DNA of 64,000 bases from Polyangiales bacterium (lineage in GTDB: Bacteria; Myxococcota_A; Polyangia; Polyangiales; Ga0077539). Shown piece after piece: positions 9,688 through 25,930 of this stretch. The translations under genes and the position numbers were made by a program. Location: positions 576,001-640,000 of the forward strand of contig JBGARZ010000001.1 of assembly GCA_044229975.1 (NCBI GenBank), given 5' to 3'. Every line of letters begins with the position of its first letter. Position 1 is the stretch's first letter. The notes beneath the pieces were generated by a model that was not told the origin of the DNA, made no database searches, and saw only the letters and a program-made list of their open reading frames with translations.

Positions 9688-12327
9688 TCAGCGCAGGCGG
9701 TTGGCGACCAGATCGGCGCCGAAGTCGGTGATGACCGTGCGACCGGGATCGGGCGACGTCGTCGATGACAGCGGGCAGTTGCTGCCTTCGAGCTGCGGAA
9801 CCCACGTGCCAGCCAGAGAGCACCGCGTCGGGAGCACCGAGACGCGCACGCGCCCCATGCCGCCGGCGCCGCCGCTGAAGCCCGACGAGGGACCCACCGG
9901 TCGACCACCCACGCCGCCCACGGTGTCGACGACCCCATCGATGACGACCACCGGCGAGACGATGGCGATGGCGCCGCCCGAGCCGCCGCCGCCCGCACCG
10001 CCGCCCCCCTGCTGACCGCCCACCGTGTGGAACACCACCGCGTTGCCGCCCGCGCCGCCGCGTACGAGGAGCGCGCCGGATGCCGCCACCCGGATGGCCG
10101 TCGCGCTGGCGAGCCGCAGCGCGCCGCCGCCGCCACCACCACCCGCGCCGCCCGACACGCCCGCCTGGGCGCAGCGCACCTCGGTGGCGCCATCGAACAC
10201 CGACGCCCCGTAGCCGCCACCGCCGCCGCCGCCGGAGCCCACGCGGAAGGTCGTGATCATGAACGGATCGACCGCCGCGAAGTACCCGATGCTCCCGCCG
10301 CCGCCACCGCCGCCACCGCGATTGGGTGCCGCCGTGAGGCCCGCCTGCCCGTTGTAGAACGTCGCGCCCGCCGCCACGCGAACGTTGCCCGGGTTGCCAC
10401 CGCCCTGCACCGGTGTCGACGCACCGCCCGATGACGTGGTCCCCGAACCGTCGCCGCCGCCCGCCCCCGAGTCGGCCGCGTTGCCGAAGCCACCGCCACC
10501 CGCCCCGCCGCCGAAGCCACCGCCACCACCACCACCGCCGCCCGCTTCGATGATCGTCGGCCCTACCGCGCCGCCGCCCGCTCCGCCGCCGAAGGACGAG
10601 CCCGTCCCGCACGCCCCCCACACGTGGCGCGCGTCGCTGCCGGCAGTCCCCTGCCCGCTCGCGCCCGGCGCCCGGCACGTCCCCGCGAGGCCGTTGGGCG
10701 CCGCGACGGCGACGCCGGTGTCCCCTCCCCCGCCGTTGCCGCCCTCGCAGCGCAGGTCGGTGCGCGCGTTGTCGCCGCCCCGACCGCCCGAGAGATCGAT
10801 GGTCCCGAGCACCTCGATGGGACCGCGCGCGCGCAGATCGAGCACGCCCGGCGCCCTCACCCGCAGCGTCGCGCCCGCGGCGATGCGCACCGACGCGTAG
10901 CGGTACGTTCCGCTGCTGACGGTGGTGTCGGTGGTCACCACGAGCGCCTCGGTGCTGTCCATGTTGCCGTAGGGGAAATCCCGCGCGACGCCGTTGAGGC
11001 ACACCTGCGTCGCGCCGAGTCGGTTGCCGCAGGAGCCGCAGTGGTCGGGGCTGGTGCGGAGGTCCTGCTCGCAGCCGTTGGCGGGCATGGCGTCGCAGTC
11101 GCCGTAGCCCGCCGCGCAGGTCTGCACGCAGGCGCCGCGCGCGCACGACGTGGTCGCGTTGGCGCCGCTCGGGCAGGCGGTCGCGCACGCGCCGCAGTGG
11201 TTGGTCGACGTGAGCACGTCGACCTCGCACCCGTTGGACGCGAGCCCGTCGCAGTCGGCGTAGCCGGGCAGGCACATGCTGTAACCGCAGCGGTTGGACA
11301 CGCAGGCCGCGGCGACGATGTGGAGCGCGGTGTCGGCGCTGCACGCGTTGCCGCACGCGCCGCAGTGGTTGACCGTGGTGAGCGCGACCTCGCAGCCGTC
11401 GCCGGGGTTGTTGTTGCAGTCCGCGCGCCCCGCCGCGCACGCCGTCACGGCGCAGACGCCGCCGGCGCACTGGGTCGCGCCGACGCCCTCGCGGACGGGA
11501 CACGCGAAGCCGCACGACCCGCAGTGGGCGGCCGTGGCGAAGGTGTCGGTCTCGCAGCCGTCCGCGGCGCTGCCGTTGCAGTCGCCGTAGCCCGTGTCGC
11601 AGGCACCGAACGCACACGCGCCTGCCATGCACCGACCGCTCGCGTGGCGGAAGGCGCAGTCGCCGTCGCTGCGGCACGCTAGCGAGACCGCGACGTCGGG
11701 CGACACCTGATCCGCCGCGACATCGGGCGTCGTCGGCACGTCGGGCATCGCCGGCACGTCCATCGCGACCGGCACATCGGGCATCGCCTGCACGTCCGTC
11801 GCGACCGGCACATCGGGCATCGCCTGCACGTCCGTGGAAGCACCGCCGTCGGGCGCCCCCTGCCCTGCGTCGGTGGCGACCCCGCCGTCTTCGGGCGCCT
11901 GTCCGCCGAGGGCGCGCTGCTGCTCGACGGAGATGGGCGTCGCGCAGAGAAGCTCCGGGGTCTGACACGTCCCCGCCCCGAGGGTCGCGCAGGCGTTGTC
12001 GTCGGCGCAGCGCCACCAGCAGGCGCTGGCCGCGCACACCGAACCGCGCGGACAGCTCACGTCCGACGCGCACTCCGACGGGCCGGAGAGCGGCAAGCAC
12101 ACGCGCTTGCGCGGGTCGTCGGCGGGCGCGCAGACCGTGCCCATGGCGCAGTCGCGGTCGCTGCGGCACTGCACCCGGCAGCGGCGAGCCGAGCACACCA
12201 GCGGGCTCACGCAGTCGTCGTTGAAGAGGCACTCGTCACCGAGAACCTTCTTGTCCGAGCAGCCCGCGGCCACCATCAAGACGACCCCGCACCACCACGC
12301 ACGCCCCACAAACGCCCCGTTGTGCAT
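9688..12327 (-). CDS. Cys-rich repeat lipoprotein with Gly-rich C-terminal domain
   Basis: Lipobox AAGC; DVP linker; DCxGxxxxGCE..HCGxCG repeats; GGGGG-rich C-terminus. Confidence 0.8.
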   Translation of the reverse strand: MHNGAFVGRAWWCGVVLMVAAGCSDKKVLGDECLFNDDCVSPLVCSARRCRVQCRSDRDCAMGTVCAPADDPRKRVCLPLSGPSECASDVSCPRGSVCAASACWWRCADDNACATLGAGTCQTPELLCATPISVEQQRALGGQAPEDGGVATDAGQGAPDGGASTDVQAMPDVPVATDVQAMPDVPVAMDVPAMPDVPTTPDVAADQVSPDVAVSLACRSDGDCAFRHASGRCMAGACAFGACDTGYGDCNGSAADGCETDTFATAAHCGSCGFACPVREGVGATQCAGGVCAVTACAAGRADCNNNPGDGCEVALTTVNHCGACGNACSADTALHIVAAACVSNRCGYSMCLPGYADCDGLASNGCEVDVLTSTNHCGACATACPSGANATTSCARGACVQTCAAGYGDCDAMPANGCEQDLRTSPDHCGSCGNRLGATQVCLNGVARDFPYGNMDSTEALVVTTDTTVSSGTYRYASVRIAAGATLRVRAPGVLDLRARGPIEVLGTIDLSGGRGGDNARTDLRCEGGNGGGGDTGVAVAAPNGLAGTCRAPGASGQGTAGSDARHVWGACGTGSSFGGGAGGGAVGPTIIEAGGGGGGGGGFGGGAGGGGFGNAADSGAGGGDGSGTTSSGGASTPVQGGGNPGNVRVAAGATFYNGQAGLTAAPNRGGGGGGGGSIGYFAAVDPFMITTFRVGSGGGGGGGYGASVFDGATEVRCAQAGVSGGAGGGGGGGALRLASATAIRVAASGALLVRGGAGGNAVVFHTVGGQQGGGGAGGGGSGGAIAIVSPVVVIDGVVDTVGGVGGRPVGPSSGFSGGAGGMGRVRVSVLPTRCSLAGTWVPQLEGSNCPLSSTTSPDPGRTVITDFGADLVANRLR

Positions 12328-12445
12328 CCGCGGTTTGTATCCCGTTCGGCCGCGCGGTGTCGACGACCCGCGCGCGCCGCTGGCCCAACCGCGTCGTCTG
12401 TGGTGACGTGGCTCCCCCTCCAGACAGCCCGCAGGACCGTCGACG

Positions 12446-13477
12446 ATGTTCAGGACCCGCTTCGTGGTGATGATGGCGTTTGCGCTCGGCTGCTCGCCGA
12501 CCCCTCGCCGCGCCCGCTACGTCGCCCCTCCCACCGCGCTGGTCGAGCCCGCGCCGCTGCCCGCACCGACCGCACCGACGGCGCCGCCGCGGAGGCTCTA
12601 CGACCACGTGGTGATCGTCAGCTTCGACGGCATGCGCCCCGACGCCATGGCGCAGGCCGACGCGCCCGCGCTGCACCGCCTCGCCGCCGCGGGTGCGTCG
12701 GCGCAAAACGCGCGCACCATCGACATGTCCTCCACGCTGCCGGCGCACTCCTCGATGCTCACCGGCGTCGACGTCGACGTGCACGGGATGGACTTCGACG
12801 AGCACCGCCCCGAGCGCGGCTTCGTACGGGCCCCCACCATCTTCCAGGAGGCGCGGCGGGCGGGCTTCGCGTCGGCGATGTTCGTGTCGAAGTCCAAGCT
12901 CCGGCACATCGCGCTGCCGCAGTCGCTCGACGTGTACGCGCAGCCCAGCCACCAGTGCGGCGGCGTCGCCCGCGAGGCCGCGCGCTACCTCGCCACCGCG
13001 CCCGCGGGCATCACCTTCGTCCACTTCGGCGAGCCCGACGTGGCCGGTCACCACCGCGGCTGGATGGGCCCCGAGTACCTCACCGGCATCGCCCGCGCCG
13101 ACCGCTGCCTCGACGTGGTGCTGCGCGGCATCGCCTCACGCACCGACCGCACGTTGCTCATCGTCTCGGCCGACCACGGCGGCCACGGCTTCCATCACGG
13201 AACGCTCGACCCGCGCGACCTCCAGATCCCCTGGATCGCCGTCGGCCCGTCGGTTCGCCCGGGTCCCTTCGCGACGCCGGTGCGCACCACCGACACCGCC
13301 GCGACGGCCCTCCGCGCGCTGCTCATCCCTCCGCCGGCGGGCATCGTCGGCCGCCCCGTGGAGGAGGTGCTCGACGCCTCGGTGATCGCGAGCCCATCCG
13401 CGACGCCCGCTGCGGCGCCCGAGGTCGTCCCTACTCGCAGGCACCGTCCGCGGCGCGCCCCGCGGGATCGACGATGA
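12446..13477 (+). CDS. Alkaline phosphatase superfamily (nucleotide pyrophosphatase/phosphodiesterase) lipoprotein
   Basis: IVSFDGMRPD, STLPAHSSMLTG, PDVAGH, SADHGG metal-binding motifs. Confidence 0.85.
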   Translation: MFRTRFVVMMAFALGCSPTPRRARYVAPPTALVEPAPLPAPTAPTAPPRRLYDHVVIVSFDGMRPDAMAQADAPALHRLAAAGASAQNARTIDMSSTLPAHSSMLTGVDVDVHGMDFDEHRPERGFVRAPTIFQEARRAGFASAMFVSKSKLRHIALPQSLDVYAQPSHQCGGVAREAARYLATAPAGITFVHFGEPDVAGHHRGWMGPEYLTGIARADRCLDVVLRGIASRTDRTLLIVSADHGGHGFHHGTLDPRDLQIPWIAVGPSVRPGPFATPVRTTDTAATALRALLIPPPAGIVGRPVEEVLDASVIASPSATPAAAPEVVPTRRHRPRRAPRDRR

Positions 13478-15650
13478 CGCCCCGCCCGGTGCGCTGGAGC
13501 GTCTGCGCGAAGCACCCGTACTGAACCTTCACCGCGTCGAGCTGCGTGAAGATCGCGTGCGGGTCGTACACGCCGTCGCCCTCGTACTGAACCACCGCGC
13601 TGGTGATGGTCGCAGGGGGCGTTCCGCGCATGAGGTTGCCGGTGATGGGGTACGGCGCGAGGCCCATGCGCGCGTCGAGGGTGAGCGAGCGCTGCATGCC
13701 GGGCCACACCTCCGCGCCGCCCTGCGGGTGACCGTAGGCGAGCGCGATCTCATCGAAGGTGCTGGTGGAGAAGTACGAGTCCCCACGACCGACCGGAACA
13801 TACGCCGACACGGGCGTCTTCCCCGGCAGCGGATCGCGCGAGATGCGCGACACGTACGCGATGGGATCGACCGGCTCCCAGAGTGTTTGCAGCAGCCCCA
13901 TGGCCGGGTGGACGAAGCTGAGCGAGCGGCCCTGGAGGAGGGTTCCGATGAGGGAGCCGACGCCGGGGATGATCTGCGACTCGAAGATGAAGCGCGACCA
14001 GTGCCCGCCGCCGCCGGTGGGGATGGCGCCGCGCACGCGAGGCTCGGTCGCGGCGAGGAAGTGCGTGTACATCCCGCCCATGGACTGCCCCATCACCACG
14101 AGCTGCGCGGTGTCGAAGCGCGCCTCGGTGGTGCCCGCGGGGAGCGTCGCGCCCGTGCACGCGGCGACGGTTGCGGCGGGGATGCGGAGGCGACCGAGCG
14201 CTTCGAGGAGGAGGCGCTGCTCGAAGAGCCCCTGGCGGAAGGTGTCGCGCATCGCCGCGAGGTTGGTGAGGTTGAGGTACGCGAAGCCCGACGCGCCGGG
14301 CAGACGCTCGGGGTTCACCGGAAGCGCCGAGCCGACGACCGCGAAGCCGCGCGGTGCGAGGTGGTACGCGGGGCCCTGGTCGGCGGTGTAGCAACCCACC
14401 ATGCCGTTGAAGGTGTCGGGGCGGTTGTAGTAGCTCGAACGCGCTCCGGCGCAGGGGTTGGCGGCGCCGCGGGGGGTCCAGGTTCCGCGCGAGACGGGCT
14501 CGTCGCTATAGCCACCGGAGCCGTGGAGCATCTGCACCAACGGGTACCCCTCGGCGGGCATCGCGCTGCGCGGGAGGGTGATGACGACGGGGACGCGCGC
14601 GTAGTTGGCGGGGCTCGTGTAGGTCGTGGTCATGGGAACGCCGTCGGCCCCCACGCGCATCAACCCGTCGGTGTTGAAGGGCGGCGCGCCAAACTGAAAC
14701 TGCGGCATGGTCACCGTCGCGCGCAGCTCGCAGTAGCGCGGGTGCACGGTAGGCGTGTCGCCCGGCGCGAGCGCGAGACCGTCGACCGTGACGTCGAAGC
14801 GGTCGACCACGCGATCGCCGAGGCGGGCCGTCTCGGCCACCACATCGCCGGTCGTGAACACCGTGGCCGCGACCACCGTGCTGGCGTCGATGTTGGCGGT
14901 GCGCAGCGTCTCCCAGAGCGGCGCGTAGAGGGTAGCCGCGGCGGCTGCGCGTCGACCCGACGGGGTGCGCCCGGCGCGGAGGTCGGCGAGCGCGGCGCTG
15001 GCCTCGACGGGGCGATCGCTGGCGTCGCGCAAGGCGCTGGTGAGCACGAAGGCGTAGGTGCGCGCGCCGTGGAGCACGAAGCCCGGATAGGGCGCGACGG
15101 CGAGGGTGTTGACGGGCGTGTAGCCGTCTTCGACGAGGGAAGAGGCGACCGTGGGGATGAGCCGTCCGCGCTCGGGCGAGGTGGGGTCGACGTCGATCAG
15201 CAGCACGGGTGAGGTGGCCGCGGCGGGGATGGCGTCGGTGAGCGCGCGGGGGGCGAGCGGACCGTCGAAGCGAAACCACGCGACGGGGACGACGGGGAAG
15301 CCGACGCGGTCTTGGGCGACGGCGGCGGCGGCGCGGAGGAGACCCGCGGTGGCGGGGATGGGCATCCCGGCGAAGTCGGGCCCGTTGGTGGCCGTGCGGC
15401 GCAGGTCCGAGGGGAAGGGCAGGTCGTAGAAGCGGGCTGGCTGGGTGGTGTCGGCGTCGAGGTCGAAGAGGGCGCGCGCCGGTCCCTGGTTTACGTCCTC
15501 GGGTAAGACGTCCTGGGCGGACGCGTCGGTGAAGGCAGCCGCGTCGCCCGCGTCGACGCTCGGAGCCGCGTCTGTGGGTGGTGTTGGCGTGGGGTCGGAG
15601 CAGCCGAGACCGAGGGAGGCCGAGAGCAACACCAGGGGAAGAGAGCGCAT
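13431..15650 (-). CDS. Alpha/beta-hydrolase (lipase-like) lipoprotein
   Basis: Lipobox LGLGC; oxyanion HGSGG; nucleophile elbow GQSMGG; late Asp/His (DPH). Confidence 0.75.
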   Translation of the reverse strand: MRSLPLVLLSASLGLGCSDPTPTPPTDAAPSVDAGDAAAFTDASAQDVLPEDVNQGPARALFDLDADTTQPARFYDLPFPSDLRRTATNGPDFAGMPIPATAGLLRAAAAVAQDRVGFPVVPVAWFRFDGPLAPRALTDAIPAAATSPVLLIDVDPTSPERGRLIPTVASSLVEDGYTPVNTLAVAPYPGFVLHGARTYAFVLTSALRDASDRPVEASAALADLRAGRTPSGRRAAAAATLYAPLWETLRTANIDASTVVAATVFTTGDVVAETARLGDRVVDRFDVTVDGLALAPGDTPTVHPRYCELRATVTMPQFQFGAPPFNTDGLMRVGADGVPMTTTYTSPANYARVPVVITLPRSAMPAEGYPLVQMLHGSGGYSDEPVSRGTWTPRGAANPCAGARSSYYNRPDTFNGMVGCYTADQGPAYHLAPRGFAVVGSALPVNPERLPGASGFAYLNLTNLAAMRDTFRQGLFEQRLLLEALGRLRIPAATVAACTGATLPAGTTEARFDTAQLVVMGQSMGGMYTHFLAATEPRVRGAIPTGGGGHWSRFIFESQIIPGVGSLIGTLLQGRSLSFVHPAMGLLQTLWEPVDPIAYVSRISRDPLPGKTPVSAYVPVGRGDSYFSTSTFDEIALAYGHPQGGAEVWPGMQRSLTLDARMGLAPYPITGNLMRGTPPATITSAVVQYEGDGVYDPHAIFTQLDAVKVQYGCFAQTLQRTGRGVIVDPAGRAADGACE

Positions 15651-15785
15651 CGCGGCGGATCTTCAGCACTCGCCGAGGCGTGCGGCAACCGTGGTCTCGG
15701 CGGCGCACCGGCCGGCGAACGACAGCGCACCCACTGGCATTGGACGGCTCCGGCTCAAGGGTGCTACCCCAGCGGCTCCCCGGCG

Positions 15786-15799
15786 ACTGACACGTCAGT
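15786..15799. promoter_or_regulatory. Palindromic putative operator ACTGAC-N2-GTCAGT
   Basis: Perfect 6-bp inverted repeat about 40 bp upstream of the CoA-activase start. Confidence 0.4.
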
Positions 15800-15837
15800 T
15801 CAGCCGCTCGCTTGCCGGGAATCGCTGGAGGTTGTGG

Positions 15838-19440
<3,603 letters not shown>

Positions 19441-19460
19441 GTCTGGAGAGGAGCGACACG

Positions 19461-21398
<1,938 letters not shown>

Positions 21399-21402
21399 TC
21401 CA

Positions 21403-23172
21403 CTACTCGGGAGCGGACTCTTCGTCCTGCTGGAAGATCCGCTCCAGCTCCTCGGCGTACTTCTTCGTCGACTCGATGAGCGCCTTCTCGTCGTCGCGGT
21501 GCACGAACACCTCGCGCACCATCTTCTCGTCGTAGCGGCCGAACTTCTTCACCGTCGACCGCGCCTCGGCGTGCGTCACCCCGAGCTCCTCCAGCGTCGC
21601 CCGCGCCGCGTCCAGGCTCCCCGCGAAGGTCTCGCGGATGACCGACTGCACCCCGGCAGCCAGCAGCGCGTACGCGTGCTGGCGGTTGCGGGCGCGCGCG
21701 ACCACACGCAGATGGGGGAAGTTCGCCTGCACCGTCTTGAGCGCCCGCATCGACGCCTCGAAGTCGTCGATGGCCAGCACGAAGACCGACGCCCGCTCGG
21801 CGCCCGCCGCGCGCAGCAGGTCGACCCGCGACGCGTCGCCGTAGTGGATCTTGTTGCCGAAGCGCCGCACGAAATCGACGTGCGTCGCGCTCGCGTCGAG
21901 GGCCGTGAAGGTGATGCGCTTGATGCGCAGCACGCGGGCCACCACCTGACCGAAGCGGCCGAAGCCCGCGATGATCACCCGGCTGCCATCGTCCTCGATG
22001 GTGTCGAACGCTCGCGGCGCCGCGCCCGCGTCGAGCCGGCGAAACGCCGCGTCGCGCAACTTGAACAGCAGCGGCGTGAGCACCATCGACAGCGTCACGA
22101 CCACCACCAGCAGCTCGCCCGTCGGGCGGTCGATGACGTGCGCGGCCTCCGCCACCGTGAAGATCACGAACGCGAACTCACCACCCTGCGAGAGCGCCGC
22201 GCCGAGGCTCACCCGTGCGCGCGGCGGGAGCTTCGCGACGCGACCGAGACCCGCGAGCACGAGGCCCTTGAGGGCGACGAGTCCCACCGCGAGGCCGACG
22301 ACGAGAAACGGGCGCGACGTGAGCACCCGGAGGTTGGCCGACATCCCAACGGCCATGAAGAAGAGCCCGAGGAGCAGTCCCTTGAAGGGTTCGATGTTGG
22401 CTTCGAGCTCGTGGCGGTACTCCGAGTCGGCCAGCAGCACGCCCGCGATGAAAGCCCCGAGGGCCATGGAGAGACCGACGGCGTGCATCACCATCGAGGT
22501 CGCGACGACCACGAGGAGCGCCGAAGCGGTGGAGAGGTCGTGGCTGTGCGCGTTGGCGACGACGCGGAAGGCCGGGCGCAAGAGCAGGCGACCCGCGATG
22601 ACCAGCGCGGCGATGACCGCGACGACGAGCGCTACCTGGAGCAGCGGGCTGCGGGTCGACGGCGTCGACGACACACCAAGGAGGGGGATGAGCGCGAGCG
22701 CCGGGATGGCCGCGACGTCCTGAAACAACAGGATCGAGAAGGCGGTGCGACCGTGGGCGGTGGCGAGCTCGTTCTTCTCGCCGAGGAGCTGGGTGGCGAA
22801 GGCCGTCGAGGACATCGCGAGGCCCACGCCGATGGCGACCGCCGCGGCCGGGTGCGCGCCGAGGGCGATGGAGACCACGCCGACGAGCAGCGCCGTGACG
22901 CCGACCTGGGCGCTGCCGAGGCCGAACACCGCGTGGCGCATCTTCCAGAGACGACTGGGTTCTAGCTCCAGGCCGATGACGAAGAGGAGGAGCACCACGC
23001 CGAACTCGGCGAAGTGCAGGGTCTCGTGCACGTCGCCCACGAGGCCGAGGCCCGACGGGCCGATGAGCGCGCCCGCGACGAGGTACCCGAGCACCGAGCC
23101 GAGGCCGAGGCGCTGGAAGAGCGTCACCGCGACGACCGCGGCCGCGAGGAAGATGGCGGATGTGCTGAGCAT
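21403..23172 (-). CDS. kefC: KefB/KefC-family K+/H+ antiporter (CPA2 + KTN domain)
   Basis: LFQD, IEPFKGLLLGLFF, QGGEFAFV, KTN motif AGFGRFGQ. Confidence 0.9.
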   Translation of the reverse strand: MLSTSAIFLAAAVVAVTLFQRLGLGSVLGYLVAGALIGPSGLGLVGDVHETLHFAEFGVVLLLFVIGLELEPSRLWKMRHAVFGLGSAQVGVTALLVGVVSIALGAHPAAAVAIGVGLAMSSTAFATQLLGEKNELATAHGRTAFSILLFQDVAAIPALALIPLLGVSSTPSTRSPLLQVALVVAVIAALVIAGRLLLRPAFRVVANAHSHDLSTASALLVVVATSMVMHAVGLSMALGAFIAGVLLADSEYRHELEANIEPFKGLLLGLFFMAVGMSANLRVLTSRPFLVVGLAVGLVALKGLVLAGLGRVAKLPPRARVSLGAALSQGGEFAFVIFTVAEAAHVIDRPTGELLVVVVTLSMVLTPLLFKLRDAAFRRLDAGAAPRAFDTIEDDGSRVIIAGFGRFGQVVARVLRIKRITFTALDASATHVDFVRRFGNKIHYGDASRVDLLRAAGAERASVFVLAIDDFEASMRALKTVQANFPHLRVVARARNRQHAYALLAAGVQSVIRETFAGSLDAARATLEELGVTHAEARSTVKKFGRYDEKMVREVFVHRDDEKALIESTKKYAEELERIFQQDEESAPE

Positions 23173-23191
23173 GGGGAGGGCGGTGGACAGG

Positions 23192-25930
23192 TCAGCGCTG
23201 GCCGAAGCCGCCGCGGAGCTCGAAGCGCTGGCGGGTCTGCGTCAGCGCCGGCGAGCGGATGCCGAGCTGCGCGCCCACCGGGAGCCCGTAGGTTCCCAGC
23301 GACGCGGGGATGGCGAAGGAGGGGATGGGGATGGTCGGCAGCGCGTCGTTGAGCGAGCGCGTGACGTAGGTCTGCAGGAGCATCGTGGCGGCCGCCGAGA
23401 GCGCCGCGCGGTCGCTCGCGGTGATGGACTCGCTGCTCACCGAGACATGGGTCTCGTCGAGGGTGATGGAGCCGAAGCGGAGCGAGTCGCCCATCAGCGT
23501 CACCGCGCCCGAAGCGCGCGCGCCGATGGACACCTGGAAGGGAGCGGCTCCGCCCGGCACCGTGAACGCCACCTCCAGCGCGCCGAGGTCGAGGTTCACC
23601 CGGCCGTCGTCGCGCAGAAACGCCACCGGCGGGAGCAGGCCCGTCACCGTCAGCGTGGAGCCCATCGGGAGCTCGGAGGAGAGCGCCGAGGCGTTGAGCG
23701 TCGCGTTGAGCCAGGCGCCGCGCCACAGGGCGTGCAGGGCCTGGTTGAGCACCGCGACGTGGATGGCCACCGTGGCCGGCGAGGTGACCCCGGGCTCGCC
23801 CGAGTCGTTGGGCGGGAGCGCCACGCCGAGCGACGCACGGGCGTTGGTGGGAGTGGAGGTGGAGAGCAGCGTGCCGAGCCCGAAGAGCAGGCGCGACGAG
23901 GAGGGCGAGAGCGCCGAGATGTTGACCCCGAAGCGCAGCGGGGTGCTGCCGCTGCCGTCGAGGCGCGGGACGTCGAAGGATGCCCCGAGGCTCGACACGT
24001 CGAGGCCCGAGAAGACCCCGTCGAGCGTGCTCGCGAAGCTGTTGGTGACGTAGTTGCGGAGCTGGGTGGAGACGATGTCGCGGACGGTTCCGTTGGCGAG
24101 GCTCACGACGAGGTCGACGATGAAGCCGGTGATGCCCGAGAAGTCCGTGGAGATGCGGCCCACCGAGGTCGACACGGAGCCCGCGCGGACGGTGGCGTGG
24201 GGGCGCCCGCCCGAGAGCGAGAGGTCGATGATGAGGCCCACGTCGAGCGAGGCGACGTTGACCCAGCCGCTGGTGCTGAAGGTCCCGCCGACGTTGAGGC
24301 GCACCCGGACGTTTTCGAAGCGCACGTTGGCGCGCAGCCCGCCGTCGACCAGGGTGAGCGACGTGGTGTTGGGCCCGTTGAGCTCGCTGCGCTCGTAGTC
24401 GACCGACGAGCGCAGGATGCACGCGCAGCCGACGAACGGTGCGCACACCTCCTGGTCGCACGAGCTGCGCTTGAGGGGGTTGGCGGCGAGCAGCGCCGCG
24501 TGGAGCTGGTCACGCAACCCCTGGCTGTTGATGACGCGCTGGAGCACGTCGTCGATGGAGGTGATCGGGGTGACCGGGTCGCCGTCGTCCACGGCGTCCT
24601 GCCGCAGGAGGAGCTGCACGCTGTTGCCGAAGGCCGACGCCTCGGGGTTGTAGCGGTCGCTCGCGAGGAAGGCGCAGGTGCGGGAGTTCTCCTGACCGTT
24701 GGTGTCGGTGGAGACGATGTCGACGAAGTTGATGCCCCAGCGCGCGGGGATGGCGGTCGTCGCGCTGCCGTCGGCGCCGACGGTCACTGCGGTGCCGTTG
24801 ATGGTCGCGCTGCGCACCCCGGAGGTGTCGGTCAGACGAACGCCGAAGGTCACCATGCTCCCCGGCGCGGCGTTGACCATCGACCCGTGCGCGGGACCAT
24901 TGCAGTCGATGGCCGGGCCGCTGGAGTCGACCACGAAGGAGGTGGTCTGCGTGAGGTCGACGCCGCCCTCCGTCATCCCGGTGACGTGCACCGTGATCGT
25001 GTAGTTGCCCTCGCGGTCGTAGGTGAACACTGCCCCCGTGGTGGCGCTCGCCGCGGGCGCGCTCGCGTAGGTGAGCGGCGCGTCGGGGATGACGTTGCCG
25101 TAGCGATCGGAGACCAGCGCGCGGATCTCCACCGCGGCGCCGCGCGCGTACAGGGGCATGTCGGGCACCCGGCTGATGGACAGCGTCGCGGGGAGCGACG
25201 GGGTCACGGTGAGCGACGCGCCAGTGCCGGTCGCGCCGGCCACCACGCAGCTCGCGGTGTACATGCCCGCGCGCTCGACCTGCGCCGCGAGCCCGGTGAC
25301 GGTCGCGCCCATGCCCGCGGGGTCGAGGCGCAGCGTCGGGGCGGCGTCGGGGATGGCGTTGCCGAAGGCGTCGGTGACCGCGCAGGTGGCCGTGGCCGTC
25401 TCGCCCGCGGCCATGGTCGAGCGGTCGAGCGTGGTGGTCACGCGCGCCGGGACGCCCACCGTGATGCGCACCGTGGAGGGAGTCGCGTCGGTGAACCCGA
25501 GGGTCGGAAACGAGCAGGCCACGGTGACGTCGCCGACGCGCGCGGCGATGGGACGACCCGCCATGTCCTGCACGGAGTCGGCGGGCGCGAAGGTGACGGT
25601 CGGGACGAGGCCGCCGGGGGTCGGCACCAGCACGCCCGCGGCATCGCGAAGGGTGCAGATGACGTCGATGACATCGCCCGCGCGCACGGTCGTAGGCGCG
25701 GCGGTCTCGACGGCGACGGGGACCGCGGGGGGCATCTGGACGTCGGGCGCAACGTCGGGGATCGCGGGCTTGTCGGGCGTGACGCCCGCATCGGCGACGT
25801 CATCGGCGGCGTCCATGGTCTCGCCCGCGTCGGGCGCGCGACCGCCGACTACCGAGAGGCCGGTGCCGCACGCAGCGAGCAGGGCGGAGAGGAGCGAAGC
25901 GAGGAGCACGAGGCCGAAGCGCGACTGCAT
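23192..25930 (-). CDS. Large lipoprotein with Ig-like repeats and putative BPI/TULIP-like C-terminal region
   Basis: Lipobox LLAAC; DAFGN/DRYGN Ig-like motifs; C-terminal long strands/helices with LNQALHALW. Confidence 0.7.
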   Translation of the reverse strand: MQSRFGLVLLASLLSALLAACGTGLSVVGGRAPDAGETMDAADDVADAGVTPDKPAIPDVAPDVQMPPAVPVAVETAAPTTVRAGDVIDVICTLRDAAGVLVPTPGGLVPTVTFAPADSVQDMAGRPIAARVGDVTVACSFPTLGFTDATPSTVRITVGVPARVTTTLDRSTMAAGETATATCAVTDAFGNAIPDAAPTLRLDPAGMGATVTGLAAQVERAGMYTASCVVAGATGTGASLTVTPSLPATLSISRVPDMPLYARGAAVEIRALVSDRYGNVIPDAPLTYASAPAASATTGAVFTYDREGNYTITVHVTGMTEGGVDLTQTTSFVVDSSGPAIDCNGPAHGSMVNAAPGSMVTFGVRLTDTSGVRSATINGTAVTVGADGSATTAIPARWGINFVDIVSTDTNGQENSRTCAFLASDRYNPEASAFGNSVQLLLRQDAVDDGDPVTPITSIDDVLQRVINSQGLRDQLHAALLAANPLKRSSCDQEVCAPFVGCACILRSSVDYERSELNGPNTTSLTLVDGGLRANVRFENVRVRLNVGGTFSTSGWVNVASLDVGLIIDLSLSGGRPHATVRAGSVSTSVGRISTDFSGITGFIVDLVVSLANGTVRDIVSTQLRNYVTNSFASTLDGVFSGLDVSSLGASFDVPRLDGSGSTPLRFGVNISALSPSSSRLLFGLGTLLSTSTPTNARASLGVALPPNDSGEPGVTSPATVAIHVAVLNQALHALWRGAWLNATLNASALSSELPMGSTLTVTGLLPPVAFLRDDGRVNLDLGALEVAFTVPGGAAPFQVSIGARASGAVTLMGDSLRFGSITLDETHVSVSSESITASDRAALSAAATMLLQTYVTRSLNDALPTIPIPSFAIPASLGTYGLPVGAQLGIRSPALTQTRQRFELRGGFGQR

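Noticed and set aside
15735..15750. Sigma54 promoter for the activase operon (TGGCAT...)
   Set aside because: GG-to-GC spacing is off by one base
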